DNA from: a virus
Length of the DNA stretch: 64,000 nt
IMG/VR virus record: IMGVR_UViG_3300037346_000220
Location: 32,001 to 96,000 of that record
Strand: one strand, 5' to 3'
Numbering within the stretch: position 1 is the stretch's first letter; the number at the start of each line of letters is the position of its first letter. Both the position numbers and the translations under genes were made by a program. Below the pieces are notes generated by a model, which searched no databases, had not been told where the DNA came from, and saw only the letters and a list, made by a program, of their open reading frames with translations. This document shows, piece after piece, positions 55,246-64,000 of this stretch.

Positions 55246-55676
55246 TGGCAATCAAAAAAGCCAAGTTCCCAGCATCCCAGCTCCCAGCTATCAACGCAGA
55301 AACCGAGGGGTATCTGTTTAGGTTTCGAATTGTGTCTGAAGATAAGAACAGAACCTCTGCGTGGTCACCTGTATACTCCCTAGACCCTGATTACGTTTAT
55401 GACTTGGGTGTAGCAGCTCTCACCGTGTCAGGTTCAATTCTCACAGTATCTTGGGATGCAGTAAATATTGTTATTAACGAAGAGAACGTTAGGCTAGTGA
55501 ACAACTATGATATATGGGTTAGCTGGAACGGATCTGACTACGAGTTTTACGGATCAACTCCTGTAACGTATGCGAATATCTTAAAGCCTGCTTCTGCAAC
55601 AGCAAACGCTGTGAGAATCTACCACAAGACTAACCCCCCTACAGAAATACCAAAGTTTAAGCTATACGACATATAG
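55245..55676 (+). CDS. minor tail protein (FN3-like)
   Basis: R.RIVS.D.NR.S.WS. Confidence 0.55.
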   Translation: MAIKKAKFPASQLPAINAETEGYLFRFRIVSEDKNRTSAWSPVYSLDPDYVYDLGVAALTVSGSILTVSWDAVNIVINEENVRLVNNYDIWVSWNGSDYEFYGSTPVTYANILKPASATANAVRIYHKTNPPTEIPKFKLYDI

Positions 55677-55704
55677 CCATCGCCTTGTGCTATAATTAAC
55701 TACT

Positions 55705-56148
55705 ATGGCTAGAATACCAACACCCACAAGAGGACAACCTCTCGACGTATCGTACATCTATCAGATCGTTGAAGCAATCAACGAACTTGCTAACCTGGCG
55801 TCTTCATCAACCTATAAGTATGCCTCCATAGATACTACCTCTGGAGCCCAGAACATGCTTATGACGGAAACCCGTCTTACCGCAGGTGAGATTGCGGTAT
55901 ATCCAACCTTGACGTCTATCACAGCAAAGACTTCCAAAGCGTTTTCTTATTCATTCAAGGGCGAGTATAAGTATCCTCCAATCGTAACAGCTACGCCTGT
56001 TCTGATCGAGGGCACATCGGCTGGTCAAGACATGTCTGTTATCATAACTAGTATTACAACTTCAAGAGTGGACGGTAGCGTTACCTTCAACACTGGTGGT
56101 ACAATCGCAGCTAAGGTTGATATCATTGCCGTGGGCGTACCCCTATAA
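55705..56148 (+). CDS. minor tail protein, H-type lectin-like C-terminus
   Basis: F...Y.YPP.V.AT...IT...F...V..IAVG. Confidence 0.55.
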   Translation: MARIPTPTRGQPLDVSYIYQIVEAINELANLASSSTYKYASIDTTSGAQNMLMTETRLTAGEIAVYPTLTSITAKTSKAFSYSFKGEYKYPPIVTATPVLIEGTSAGQDMSVIITSITTSRVDGSVTFNTGGTIAAKVDIIAVGVPL

Positions 56149-56152
56149 AACT

Positions 56153-56692
56153 ATGAATCGTAAAGGTAGTATTGAGGACGAGGAGTATAACTCTAAGCCA
56201 GCTATTCTTGGTAGCAAGAGAGTTTGGTTTCTTAACGGGTACCTAGTAAGATCTCACCACATAAACAAGTCAAACGGAATTATGTCCGTGTATAACATAA
56301 TCGAAGATAGAATTGAAAGCTGCCTAATAGGAGACTTTAAGAAGAATCGAAAGAAAGCTTTTACTGTAGGGCAGACCGCAGAGCTAGTTAACCGACACAA
56401 AAAGTACATGCCATCTCTAGTTAAGAGAGGCGTCATCCCTCCAGCAACTGGATCACAAAAGGGGGGAGGCACTGCTTGGCAAGTAAGAAGTTATTACTCA
56501 GAAACCCAAGTCCACGAGATTCGTGATATACTTGCATCCTACCACATCGGCCAGCCTCGCAAAGATGGGTTGATCACAAATAACATGACACCCAATAAAC
56601 AAGAGTTGACAAGACGAATGGGCGATGGTATACTGACATATACAAGAACAGAAGATGGGAGATTCATTCCAGTTTGGTCTGAATCAATTTAG
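56153..56692 (+). CDS. MerR-like HTH DNA-binding protein
   Basis: FTVGQTAELVNR...KRGVIP...RSYYSE..V. Confidence 0.65.
   Translation: MNRKGSIEDEEYNSKPAILGSKRVWFLNGYLVRSHHINKSNGIMSVYNIIEDRIESCLIGDFKKNRKKAFTVGQTAELVNRHKKYMPSLVKRGVIPPATGSQKGGGTAWQVRSYYSETQVHEIRDILASYHIGQPRKDGLITNNMTPNKQELTRRMGDGILTYTRTEDGRFIPVWSESI
56606..56634 (+). promoter_or_regulatory. SigA-type promoter of replication operon
   Basis: TTGACA-17-TATACT with TG. Confidence 0.75.
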
Positions 56693-56706
56693 AGAGAGAA
56701 GTTGTT

Positions 56707-56916
56707 ATGGAAAACGAAATCACCAAAGTCAAAGTTGGGCTAGGATACACTCTTAACCTCGGTAACTTTCAATCGTTACGTATTGACCTAGAGATTACAG
56801 ATAACAAGCGTGAGGGCGAAAACACAACAGAAGCCTTTGATCGTGTATACGCATTCGTAGAGGATCGTCTGGCAGAAAAAGTCAAGGAAGCCTCCGCTGA
56901 GCTAGAAAACAAGTAA
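56707..56916 (+). CDS. conserved small actinophage protein (T.NLGNF.S.RID)
   Basis: Recurrent motif. Confidence 0.7.
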   Translation: MENEITKVKVGLGYTLNLGNFQSLRIDLEITDNKREGENTTEAFDRVYAFVEDRLAEKVKEASAELENK

Positions 56917-57224
56917 TGGCAGACCGCAAGGAAAGGTTTGCCTTGCTGAGTCGATACGCTAAGCTCCACGCTTTGAAGTATGAGGCAAGGTCCCAACTAA
57001 ACCTAAACGTAGAACAATGGGCCTCAGATGCCCTAGTAGAATCTTACGGTTTACAATTCTGTTATGATCTGCTAGACTATTACTTCGAAGTAGCCCAAAA
57101 TCCGACATGGAAATATTTTGCAAATTACGCACAGAACATTAACGATAAGCGTAATCAATACCAGCAAGATTTATACGACAGACAGCAACGCAGAGTTGCA
57201 GCGAAGAAGTGGTTAAGTGAGTAA
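56916..57224 (+). CDS. hypothetical, possible helicase loader
   Basis: Coupled upstream of dnaB. Confidence 0.6.
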   Translation: MADRKERFALLSRYAKLHALKYEARSQLNLNVEQWASDALVESYGLQFCYDLLDYYFEVAQNPTWKYFANYAQNINDKRNQYQQDLYDRQQRRVAAKKWLSE

Positions 57225-58437
57225 CGCAGAGTCCAAAGTCATATCCGCAGTCCTAAAAGACAAGCAGGTTCACGTTTTGCTACAGGCGAACGTTCAGAAC
57301 TTGATGGTAACTCACGGAGATATCTGGGATTTTATAAGAACATATTTCGAGCGCAACGGGTCCACTCCACCTGTTGATCTAGTCGTTGATAAGTTTAGAG
57401 ACTTTATTCCAGAGGACGGCATCGGAGCAACAAAGTATCACCTAGAAGAGCTACAGTCTGAGTTTATGAACTCAAGCCTTAAAGAGCTTATCCGTAATGC
57501 AGCAGCAGACATTCAGGCAGACAAGTCTCCAGAAGCCTTAGAGCTTTTAATTTCAAAGACTGCAGAGTTAAAGAAAAACGCATCCACCGTCCGAGACATT
57601 GATGCTACTGACCTCGGAGATGCTGTTGCCTATTACGAAAACGCAAAGAAGATGGCAGCCTTGGGTATCCAGGGAATCAGAACTGGCTTGCCAGGATTTG
57701 ACGATTACCTCCCAGCAGGGATTACCCCTGGGCAATTAGGAGTGTTCCTTGCGTATCCAGGTATCGGCAAGTCTTGGTTGTCCCTATACTTTGCGGTACA
57801 GGCATGGAAGCTCGGTAAGACCCCCATGGTAGTAAGCCTAGAGATGAGCGAGACAGAAGTTCGTAATCGTGTATTTACAATTATGGGTGAAGGGCTCTGG
57901 TCTCATCGTAAGCTATCTGCTGGTGAAATTGAGATTGAAGATCTTAAGAATTGGCACAAGAGCAAGCTTGAGGGCAAGCCTGAGTTTCATATCATATCTA
58001 ATGACTCTGGTGGAGAAGTAACCCCATCAGTTCTTCGTGGAAAGATTGACCAGTACAAGCCAGATTTTATTATTGTTGACTACCTTCAGCTAATGTCTCC
58101 TAACCAGAAATCTGAGAATGAGACTGTAAGAATGAAGAATCTTTCTCGTGAGCTGAAGCTAATGGCTATTTCAGAGGAGATCCCAATCCTGGCTATATCC
58201 TCAGCGACCCCTGACGACGTCACCAAGCTAGACACAGTCCCAACCCTAGGTCAAACTGCCTGGAGCCGTCAAATCGCCTACGATGCCGACTGGGTGCTTG
58301 CTCTGGGTAGGGGACCTAACTCCGATGTCATAGAATGTGTGTTCAGAAAGAACCGTAATGGGTTCATGGGCGAGTTTTTAGTTCAAGCTGATTTTGATAA
58401 AGGTTGGTATAAGTACAAAGACTATCAAGAAAGCTAG
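57217..58437 (+). CDS. dnaB: DnaB-like replicative helicase
   Basis: Walker A AYPGIGKS, SLEMS, IIVDYLQLM, YDAD, KNRNG. Confidence 0.92.
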   Translation: MSNAESKVISAVLKDKQVHVLLQANVQNLMVTHGDIWDFIRTYFERNGSTPPVDLVVDKFRDFIPEDGIGATKYHLEELQSEFMNSSLKELIRNAAADIQADKSPEALELLISKTAELKKNASTVRDIDATDLGDAVAYYENAKKMAALGIQGIRTGLPGFDDYLPAGITPGQLGVFLAYPGIGKSWLSLYFAVQAWKLGKTPMVVSLEMSETEVRNRVFTIMGEGLWSHRKLSAGEIEIEDLKNWHKSKLEGKPEFHIISNDSGGEVTPSVLRGKIDQYKPDFIIVDYLQLMSPNQKSENETVRMKNLSRELKLMAISEEIPILAISSATPDDVTKLDTVPTLGQTAWSRQIAYDADWVLALGRGPNSDVIECVFRKNRNGFMGEFLVQADFDKGWYKYKDYQES

Positions 58438-58449
58438 TATAATAGATGC

Positions 58450-58776
58450 ATGGATTACTTGCATCACAAGCCGATAAAGAAGTTCTCGTTAGAGGGAACA
58501 ATTCACGACGATGCCTCTTTCATAAGATTAAAAATAGAATACGTAAACTTACTAAAAAGCGAGATGAGACTTTCTGGCTATGTACAAAGAATAGATATTG
58601 ACCCAGACTTCACAATAGGGTATAATGAAAAAACAGAGTACTACAACTTCGAACTAACACTATATGGAATATACACAGGAAAGAAAAAGAGTGAATGGAT
58701 AGAGTCAGTAAACGCAACACAGGTCATCTATACTCCGAAGAGCAAATCAAACGAGTTCTCACAGGAGCAGGCCTAA
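58450..58776 (+). CDS. hypothetical
   Basis: ORF track; leaderless promoter. Confidence 0.65.
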   Translation: MDYLHHKPIKKFSLEGTIHDDASFIRLKIEYVNLLKSEMRLSGYVQRIDIDPDFTIGYNEKTEYYNFELTLYGIYTGKKKSEWIESVNATQVIYTPKSKSNEFSQEQA

Positions 58777-59639
58777 CTATAGAGGGTGAAGTCGACGTAG
58801 ACTTTCTCCTTTTTTGCCCATTCCATCCAAACCATCGCACCCCAGCTGGAGAAGTCGATAAATCAAAGGGAACCTTCTTTTGTTTTTCATGTCACAAAGT
58901 TGCAGACTTGATAGAGCTAGTCATGCACACATCCTCCAGAACATATTTTGAGTCTGCTAGATTTATTAAGAGTAAAGAGACTGAGATTAATCTCGCTATG
59001 GAGATTGACAGGCAGCTATACGTAAAGCCCCTATATGTTCCCTACGACGACCTTCAGATCATAAGGCTCTCCTCAGAAGCTTTAGAGTCCACACGAGCTA
59101 AGGAATACTTTTCTGGTAGAAAAATTACAGAAGAGTCTATGCGAAAGTTTAGACTTGGATTCTCTGAGAGGCAGGACATGGTGACAGTCCCAGTCGCAGC
59201 ACCAGACGGAACTAGCATTGGGTTTGTGGGTAGGTCGGTAGAGGGGAAGTCATTTAAGAACACTCCAGGTCTGCCAAAAAGTAAAGTATTGTTCAACCTT
59301 CATAGGATAAAAACATCCAACAGTGTATATGTTGTCGAGTCATCCTTTGATGTCATTAGGCTTGATCAGTGTGGCCTACCAGCAGTTGCTACTCTAGGAT
59401 CTAACGTATCCTCAATACAAATAGGACTTCTTCAAAAGTACTTCAATAATATTTTTGTTATTGCAGACAACGATGAGGCAGGTGGGAATATGGTAACTAA
59501 GCTTCAAGATAAGCTTAAGGGCCGTGTATCCGTAATAAAGATAGACAAAAAATATAAAGACGTTGGAGACATGCCAGACGAAGAGATTAAAAAGTTAGAC
59601 ATTGCGTTTGACAAATCTATAGAGGGCATGCTACAATAA
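58695..59639 (+). CDS. dnaG: DNA primase (CHC2 Zn finger and TOPRIM)
   Basis: CPFH...CFSC; VVES.FD; DNDEAG. Confidence 0.9.
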   Translation: MDRVSKRNTGHLYSEEQIKRVLTGAGLTIEGEVDVDFLLFCPFHPNHRTPAGEVDKSKGTFFCFSCHKVADLIELVMHTSSRTYFESARFIKSKETEINLAMEIDRQLYVKPLYVPYDDLQIIRLSSEALESTRAKEYFSGRKITEESMRKFRLGFSERQDMVTVPVAAPDGTSIGFVGRSVEGKSFKNTPGLPKSKVLFNLHRIKTSNSVYVVESSFDVIRLDQCGLPAVATLGSNVSSIQIGLLQKYFNNIFVIADNDEAGGNMVTKLQDKLKGRVSVIKIDKKYKDVGDMPDEEIKKLDIAFDKSIEGMLQ

Positions 59640-59669
59640 AAACAACTGAAAAACTAACAGGAGAAAACC

Positions 59670-60323
59670 ATGAGCGTAATCAAAGGGCTAAAAGATATCA
59701 ATGCAATACTTGATAAGCCAAAGTATGAATCAACAGGTCAGAAGATCCGTTGGGTAAAGCTAGCAGACGGTCAAGCAGCAAAGATCCGTTTTGTAGAAGA
59801 GCTTGACACAGAATCAGCAAGTTATAACGATGACAGGGGACTGTCAGTAGTTATTTCAGAGCACACCAATCCAAAAGACTACAAGCGAAAAGCTGCTTGT
59901 ACCCAGGAAACAGAAGGTCGCTGCTTTGCTTGTGAGATGTCTCGTAAAGAGCCTAAAGCTGGTTGGAGAAACAAGCTCCGCTTTTACTGCAACGTTCTTA
60001 TGGACGATGGAATGGAAGAGCCTTACGTAGCCGTATGGTCTCAGGGAGTTTCGAAGCAATCAGCCTTTAACACGATTCGGGAGTACGCCCTAGAAACTGG
60101 TAGCGTGTCAAACCTGGAGTGGAAGCTAAAGCGTAACGGAGTCGGAACTGAGACTAACTACACGCTTCTTCCTACAAAGCCAGACTCAGAGCCGTACACA
60201 TGGCCCGACCTTGAGCTTCCAGACCTAGAGAAGGTTGTTCGTGAAGTTCCTTATGCAGAACAAGAAGCCTTCTACCTGGGCTTTGATCAGCCATCAGTCA
60301 CATCCGCCAACATTGATTGGTAA
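59670..60323 (+). CDS. single-stranded DNA-binding protein (gp32-like)
   Basis: KIRF, H...C...C..C, KR.G.G..T.Y, acidic tail ending in W. Confidence 0.7.
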   Translation: MSVIKGLKDINAILDKPKYESTGQKIRWVKLADGQAAKIRFVEELDTESASYNDDRGLSVVISEHTNPKDYKRKAACTQETEGRCFACEMSRKEPKAGWRNKLRFYCNVLMDDGMEEPYVAVWSQGVSKQSAFNTIREYALETGSVSNLEWKLKRNGVGTETNYTLLPTKPDSEPYTWPDLELPDLEKVVREVPYAEQEAFYLGFDQPSVTSANIDW

Positions 60324-60337
60324 TTAACTAACATTCT

Positions 60338-60372
60338 TGGGGGTAGCAATCACGCTGCCCCCATTTTTGTTT
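60338..60372 (+). terminator. intrinsic terminator
   Basis: GGGGGTAGC-AATCAC-GCTGCCCCC plus T run. Confidence 0.75.
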
Positions 60373-60384
60373 CTCTTCAGCCCC

Positions 60385-60413
60385 TTGACAATAACAAACA
60401 ACTGTGTCATAAT
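60385..60413 (+). promoter_or_regulatory. SigA-type promoter of dnaE
   Basis: TTGACA-17-CATAAT. Confidence 0.75.
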
Positions 60414-60443
60414 CTTAATAATACAAAACATAGAAGGAAATCA

Positions 60444-63400
60444 ATGAGTTACGCTGGACTACACGTACACACGCACTATTCACTATTCGACGGTATTGCT
60501 ACTCCACAAGAGTATGTCGACAGAGCCGTAGAGCTGGGTATGCCAGCCATTGCTATCACCGACCACGGAAGTCTCTCTGGACACCGTGAGATGTATCGTG
60601 CTGCAAAGGCAGCAGGCATCAAGCCCATCCTCGGAATCGAGGGATACATTACTAAGGATCGCCTTCTCCACGAAGACAAGAAGCACTTGAATGATCCACT
60701 AGACCTGAACTACAACCACCTAATTATTCTTGCAAAGAATGACAAGGGTTTAGAGAACCTAAATAAGCTAAACGAACTTGCTTGGACTGAAGGATTTTAT
60801 CGTAAGCCTCGTATTGACTGGGTAATCCTGGAACAGTACAAAGAAGGACTGATCGTAACCTCTGGATGTCTCTCTGGTGTCCTAGCAAAAGCCATCGAGG
60901 CCGATGAGCTAGCCTACGCAAAAGAGCATGTCCAGTGGTGTAAGAAGACTTTTGGAGATGACTACTACATAGAGGTAATGCCTCACAACCCACCAGAGAT
61001 CAACAAGACTCTTTTGGCACTCGCAGATGAGTTTGGAGTTACTCCAGTAGTCACACCTGATTGCCACCACTCAGATCCAGGGCAGAAAGACATTCAGGAG
61101 CTAAAGTTAATCCTAAATTCCTACTCTAATAAGACTCTTAAAGATGTTACTTATGAGAAGTCAACTAAGCACGAGAAGCTAAACGACCGTCTAGATTACC
61201 TGTACGGCGCAGATCGCCCAATGACCTTTAAGCGATTTGACATATACCTACTGTCTGACGAAGAGATGCACACAGCCATGAAGGCTCAGGGTATTGACCG
61301 AGAAGACATGTACCAAGCAACTAGAGACATTGTTGCAAAGGTAGAAGACTACGACATTAGAGACCACCAAGACCTCTTGCCAGTACAGTATCAGAACCCA
61401 GACAAAGAACTTTATGACCTAGCAATTGCAGGACTAAAGATCAGAGGCCTAGATACAAACCAAGAGTACCTTGACCGTTTGGATGTAGAGCTGAAAGTTA
61501 TTAAGGACAAGAAGTTTGGTCCTTACTTCCTAGTCGTAAGGTCTATGATTGCTTGGGCTAAGAAAGAAGATATCATGGTTGGGCCTGGTCGAGGCTCTGC
61601 TGCTGGCTCTTTGCTTTGCTATGCTCTAGAGATTACAGATATAGATCCTATAGTTCACGGGCTCCTATTCTTTAGGTTTATTAACCCAGACCGTAATGAC
61701 TTCCCAGATATTGATACTGACATTCAGGACACCAGAAGAGAAGAAGTTAAGGATTACCTGACTAGGCAGTATCGCCACGTGGCATCTATTGCGACCTTCC
61801 TCGAGTTTCGTGGTAAGGGAATGATTAGAGACATTTCACGTGTCCTCAATATCCCCTTGATGGATGTGAACAAGCTTCTTAAACTTGTCGATGACTGGGA
61901 AGACTTTACTATGTCTAAGCAGTCTGCGTGGTTTCGTGAAAAGTATCCAGAGGTAGAGGTATATGGTAACCAACTCCGTGGTCGGATCCGAGGCACAGGA
62001 ATTCACGCTGCTGGTGTTGTAACTTCTAAGGAGCCAATATTTAAATATGCCCCTCTAGAAACAAGAACCTCTCCAGGAACTAAAGAAAGAATTCCTGTAG
62101 TCGCTGTAGACATGGCTGAGGCAGAGAGAATTGGTCTAATTAAGATTGACGCTCTAGGCCTCAAGACTCTGTCCGTGATTCAGGATACACTTAAGATTGT
62201 CGCTAGTAGGACTGGTAAGAAGATTGACCTCCATGATATAGATATGGATGACAAAAATGTCTACGCCATGCTGTCCGATGGTCACACAAAGGGTGTCTTC
62301 CAGTGTGAAGCAACTCCATATACAAATCTTCTAGTTAAGATGGGGGTGAAGAACTTCTCAGAGCTGGCAGCTTCTAATGCCTTGGTCCGCCCTGGCGCTG
62401 CAAACACTATTGGTAAAGATTACATTGCTCGCAAGCAGGGTAGGCAGAGTATTAGCTACCACCACAAAGTGTTCAAGGAGTTCACGGAAGAGACTTATGG
62501 TTGTATCTTGTACCAGGAGCAGGTCATGCAAGCGTGTGTCCACCTTGGAGGAATGACAATGGCAGAAGCAGACACTGTTCGTAAGATCATTGGAAAAAAG
62601 AAGGATGCCAAAGAGTTTGACCAGTTTAGGGATAAGTTTGTAAAGGGAGCATCTCAGTTTGTATCCCCAAACGTCGCAGGAGACCTCTGGAGCGACTTTG
62701 AGGCCCACGCAGGATACTCTTTCAATAAGTCTCACGCCGTGGCTTACTCGACGCTCTCATACTGGACTGCATGGTTAAAGTATGTCTATCCTCTAGAGTT
62801 CATGTATTCAGTGCTCAAGAATGAAAAAGATAAGGATGCCAGAACTGAGTATCTTATCGAGGCTAAGCGTATGAATATTCCCGTAAGGCTTCCTCACATA
62901 AACGACTCTGATGCCGACTTTAAAATTGAAGGCAAAGGAATAAGATTTGGTCTAACCGCTATAAAGTATATATCCGACAACATTGCTGGAAAGTTTATGG
63001 AAGCTAGGCCATTTTCATCGTACAAGGAACTTCAGGAATTCACAACCTCAAAGGGTAACGGGGTAAACACTAGAGCCCTATCATCTCTAAAGATTATTGG
63101 AGGAGCAACCTTCGATGATAATCCTAGGAATGACGAAGAGATTAAAGAGAATCTATACGAGTACTTAAACTTGCCAGAGTTTAATATTCCTGTGCCTTCG
63201 CACTACCACGCCTTTATGGACGAGGTATGTGACTTCGAAGAAAAGGGATCTTTTGTCTTAATGGGAATGGTCAAGAGCATAAAGCGTGGAAAGGGTTGGT
63301 CTAGGGTAGAACTTTTGGATAAAACTGGAAGCGTAGGTATCTTTGACGATGAGGACACCACTATTGAGCCAGGACAGACTTACCTGTTGTTGGCAAGTGA

Positions 63401-63728
63401 TAACAGAATTGTTACAGCTATACCAGCAGCTGAGATAAAGGATTCTAAGGCCTCAATTATTAGGTTCTTAAACTACAAGACATTGCCCTTTAAGGACGAT
63501 GAGTTGTACGTTGTAGCATTTAACACCAGGGTTACGAAAGCAGGCAAGAAAATGGGATCCCTCACCCTTGCCGATGCTTCACGTGACCTCCACCCAGTCA
63601 CTGTATTTCCTACGGCATTTCCAAAGGCATACATGAAGATTAAAGAAGGAACAGCTTATAGGTTCTCTCTAGGAAAAACGAAAGATGGAACAATTATTTT
63701 GGAGGATGTATTAGATGACAACGTTTGA
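60444..63728 (+). CDS. dnaE: DNA polymerase III alpha subunit (family C)
   Basis: PHP HVHTHYS, GRGSAAGS, PDIDTD, YSFNKSHA. Confidence 0.95.
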   Translation: MSYAGLHVHTHYSLFDGIATPQEYVDRAVELGMPAIAITDHGSLSGHREMYRAAKAAGIKPILGIEGYITKDRLLHEDKKHLNDPLDLNYNHLIILAKNDKGLENLNKLNELAWTEGFYRKPRIDWVILEQYKEGLIVTSGCLSGVLAKAIEADELAYAKEHVQWCKKTFGDDYYIEVMPHNPPEINKTLLALADEFGVTPVVTPDCHHSDPGQKDIQELKLILNSYSNKTLKDVTYEKSTKHEKLNDRLDYLYGADRPMTFKRFDIYLLSDEEMHTAMKAQGIDREDMYQATRDIVAKVEDYDIRDHQDLLPVQYQNPDKELYDLAIAGLKIRGLDTNQEYLDRLDVELKVIKDKKFGPYFLVVRSMIAWAKKEDIMVGPGRGSAAGSLLCYALEITDIDPIVHGLLFFRFINPDRNDFPDIDTDIQDTRREEVKDYLTRQYRHVASIATFLEFRGKGMIRDISRVLNIPLMDVNKLLKLVDDWEDFTMSKQSAWFREKYPEVEVYGNQLRGRIRGTGIHAAGVVTSKEPIFKYAPLETRTSPGTKERIPVVAVDMAEAERIGLIKIDALGLKTLSVIQDTLKIVASRTGKKIDLHDIDMDDKNVYAMLSDGHTKGVFQCEATPYTNLLVKMGVKNFSELAASNALVRPGAANTIGKDYIARKQGRQSISYHHKVFKEFTEETYGCILYQEQVMQACVHLGGMTMAEADTVRKIIGKKKDAKEFDQFRDKFVKGASQFVSPNVAGDLWSDFEAHAGYSFNKSHAVAYSTLSYWTAWLKYVYPLEFMYSVLKNEKDKDARTEYLIEAKRMNIPVRLPHINDSDADFKIEGKGIRFGLTAIKYISDNIAGKFMEARPFSSYKELQEFTTSKGNGVNTRALSSLKIIGGATFDDNPRNDEEIKENLYEYLNLPEFNIPVPSHYHAFMDEVCDFEEKGSFVLMGMVKSIKRGKGWSRVELLDKTGSVGIFDDEDTTIEPGQTYLLLASDNRIVTAIPAAEIKDSKASIIRFLNYKTLPFKDDELYVVAFNTRVTKAGKKMGSLTLADASRDLHPVTVFPTAFPKAYMKIKEGTAYRFSLGKTKDGTIILEDVLDDNV

Positions 63729-64000
63729 AGAAGCTCTAGCAATGCTCAACCCGAAGCTTAGGAAGAAGGTTGCGTCAGGTATTGGCATTAAAACTGAATT
63801 CCAGGCTACCCCTAGTATGGGCCTGAATAAGGCCTTAGGTGGCGGACTGCCTTATGGAAGGCAGGTTCTTCTCTGGGGTAGCAAGTCCAGTGCAAAGTCA
63901 TCTTTATGTCTTCAGACAGTAGCGATGGCACAGAAGGATGGAAAGCTTTGCGCATGGGTAGATGCCGAGATGTCTTACGATGAAGAGTGGGCACTTGCTC
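63715..64000 (+). CDS. recA: RecA/UvsX-like recombinase, truncated at window end
   Basis: Hand-translated: TPS.GLN.ALGGGLPYGR..LLWGSKSSAKS...WVDAE. Confidence 0.85.
   Translation, partial: MTTFEEALAMLNPKLRKKVASGIGIKTEFQATPSMGLNKALGGGLPYGRQVLLWGSKSSAKSSLCLQTVAMAQKDGKLCAWVDAEMSYDEEWALA

Noticed and set aside
57217-63728. Inteins or introns in dnaB and dnaE
   Set aside because: Lengths and motif spacing look normal; no splice-junction or homing-endonuclease motifs seen
1-64000. tRNA/rRNA genes, integrase, prophage att sites, terminase
   Set aside because: None recognised by eye; they may lie outside the window, and tRNAscan was not run

Overview
A 64 kb segment of a large tailed (siphovirus-like) dsDNA phage, most likely infecting a moderate-GC Actinobacterium. 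Host is inferred from gene content, a PASTA domain, leaderless TANNNT promoters and actinobacterial regulator-like boxes. Layout: (1) 1-7.9 kb, a leftward 'early' region of many very small genes (about 17 under 60 aa and absent from the ORF track) plus a DUF932 protein; (2) 8-10.4 kb, a switch region with an SGNH-like protein, a holin-like protein and a probable small RNA; (3) 10.5-32 kb, collagen-like and Mtd-N tail-fibre/adhesin genes arranged in three similar cassettes with Cys-rich or Phe/Pro-repeat proteins and small accessory proteins; (4) 32.5-56 kb, portal, protease-scaffold, major capsid, neck, major tail, two paralogous tail chaperones, a 2279-aa tape measure and tail tip; (5) 56-64 kb, DnaB, primase, SSB, DnaE and a truncated RecA-like gene. 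No terminase, integrase, tRNA or CRISPR was seen. The main discovery is regulatory. Twelve early promoters share TGTC(T/A)G-N10-TANNNT, the architecture of the actinobacterial PafBC (RecA-NDp) DNA-damage promoter. There are also 11-bp-phased RTAAC (MtrA/GlnR-like) boxes, GACAC (WhiA-like) boxes abutting -35 elements, and RNA hairpins with different stems but an identical anti-Shine-Dalgarno loop. All family assignments are by eye; no searches were run.
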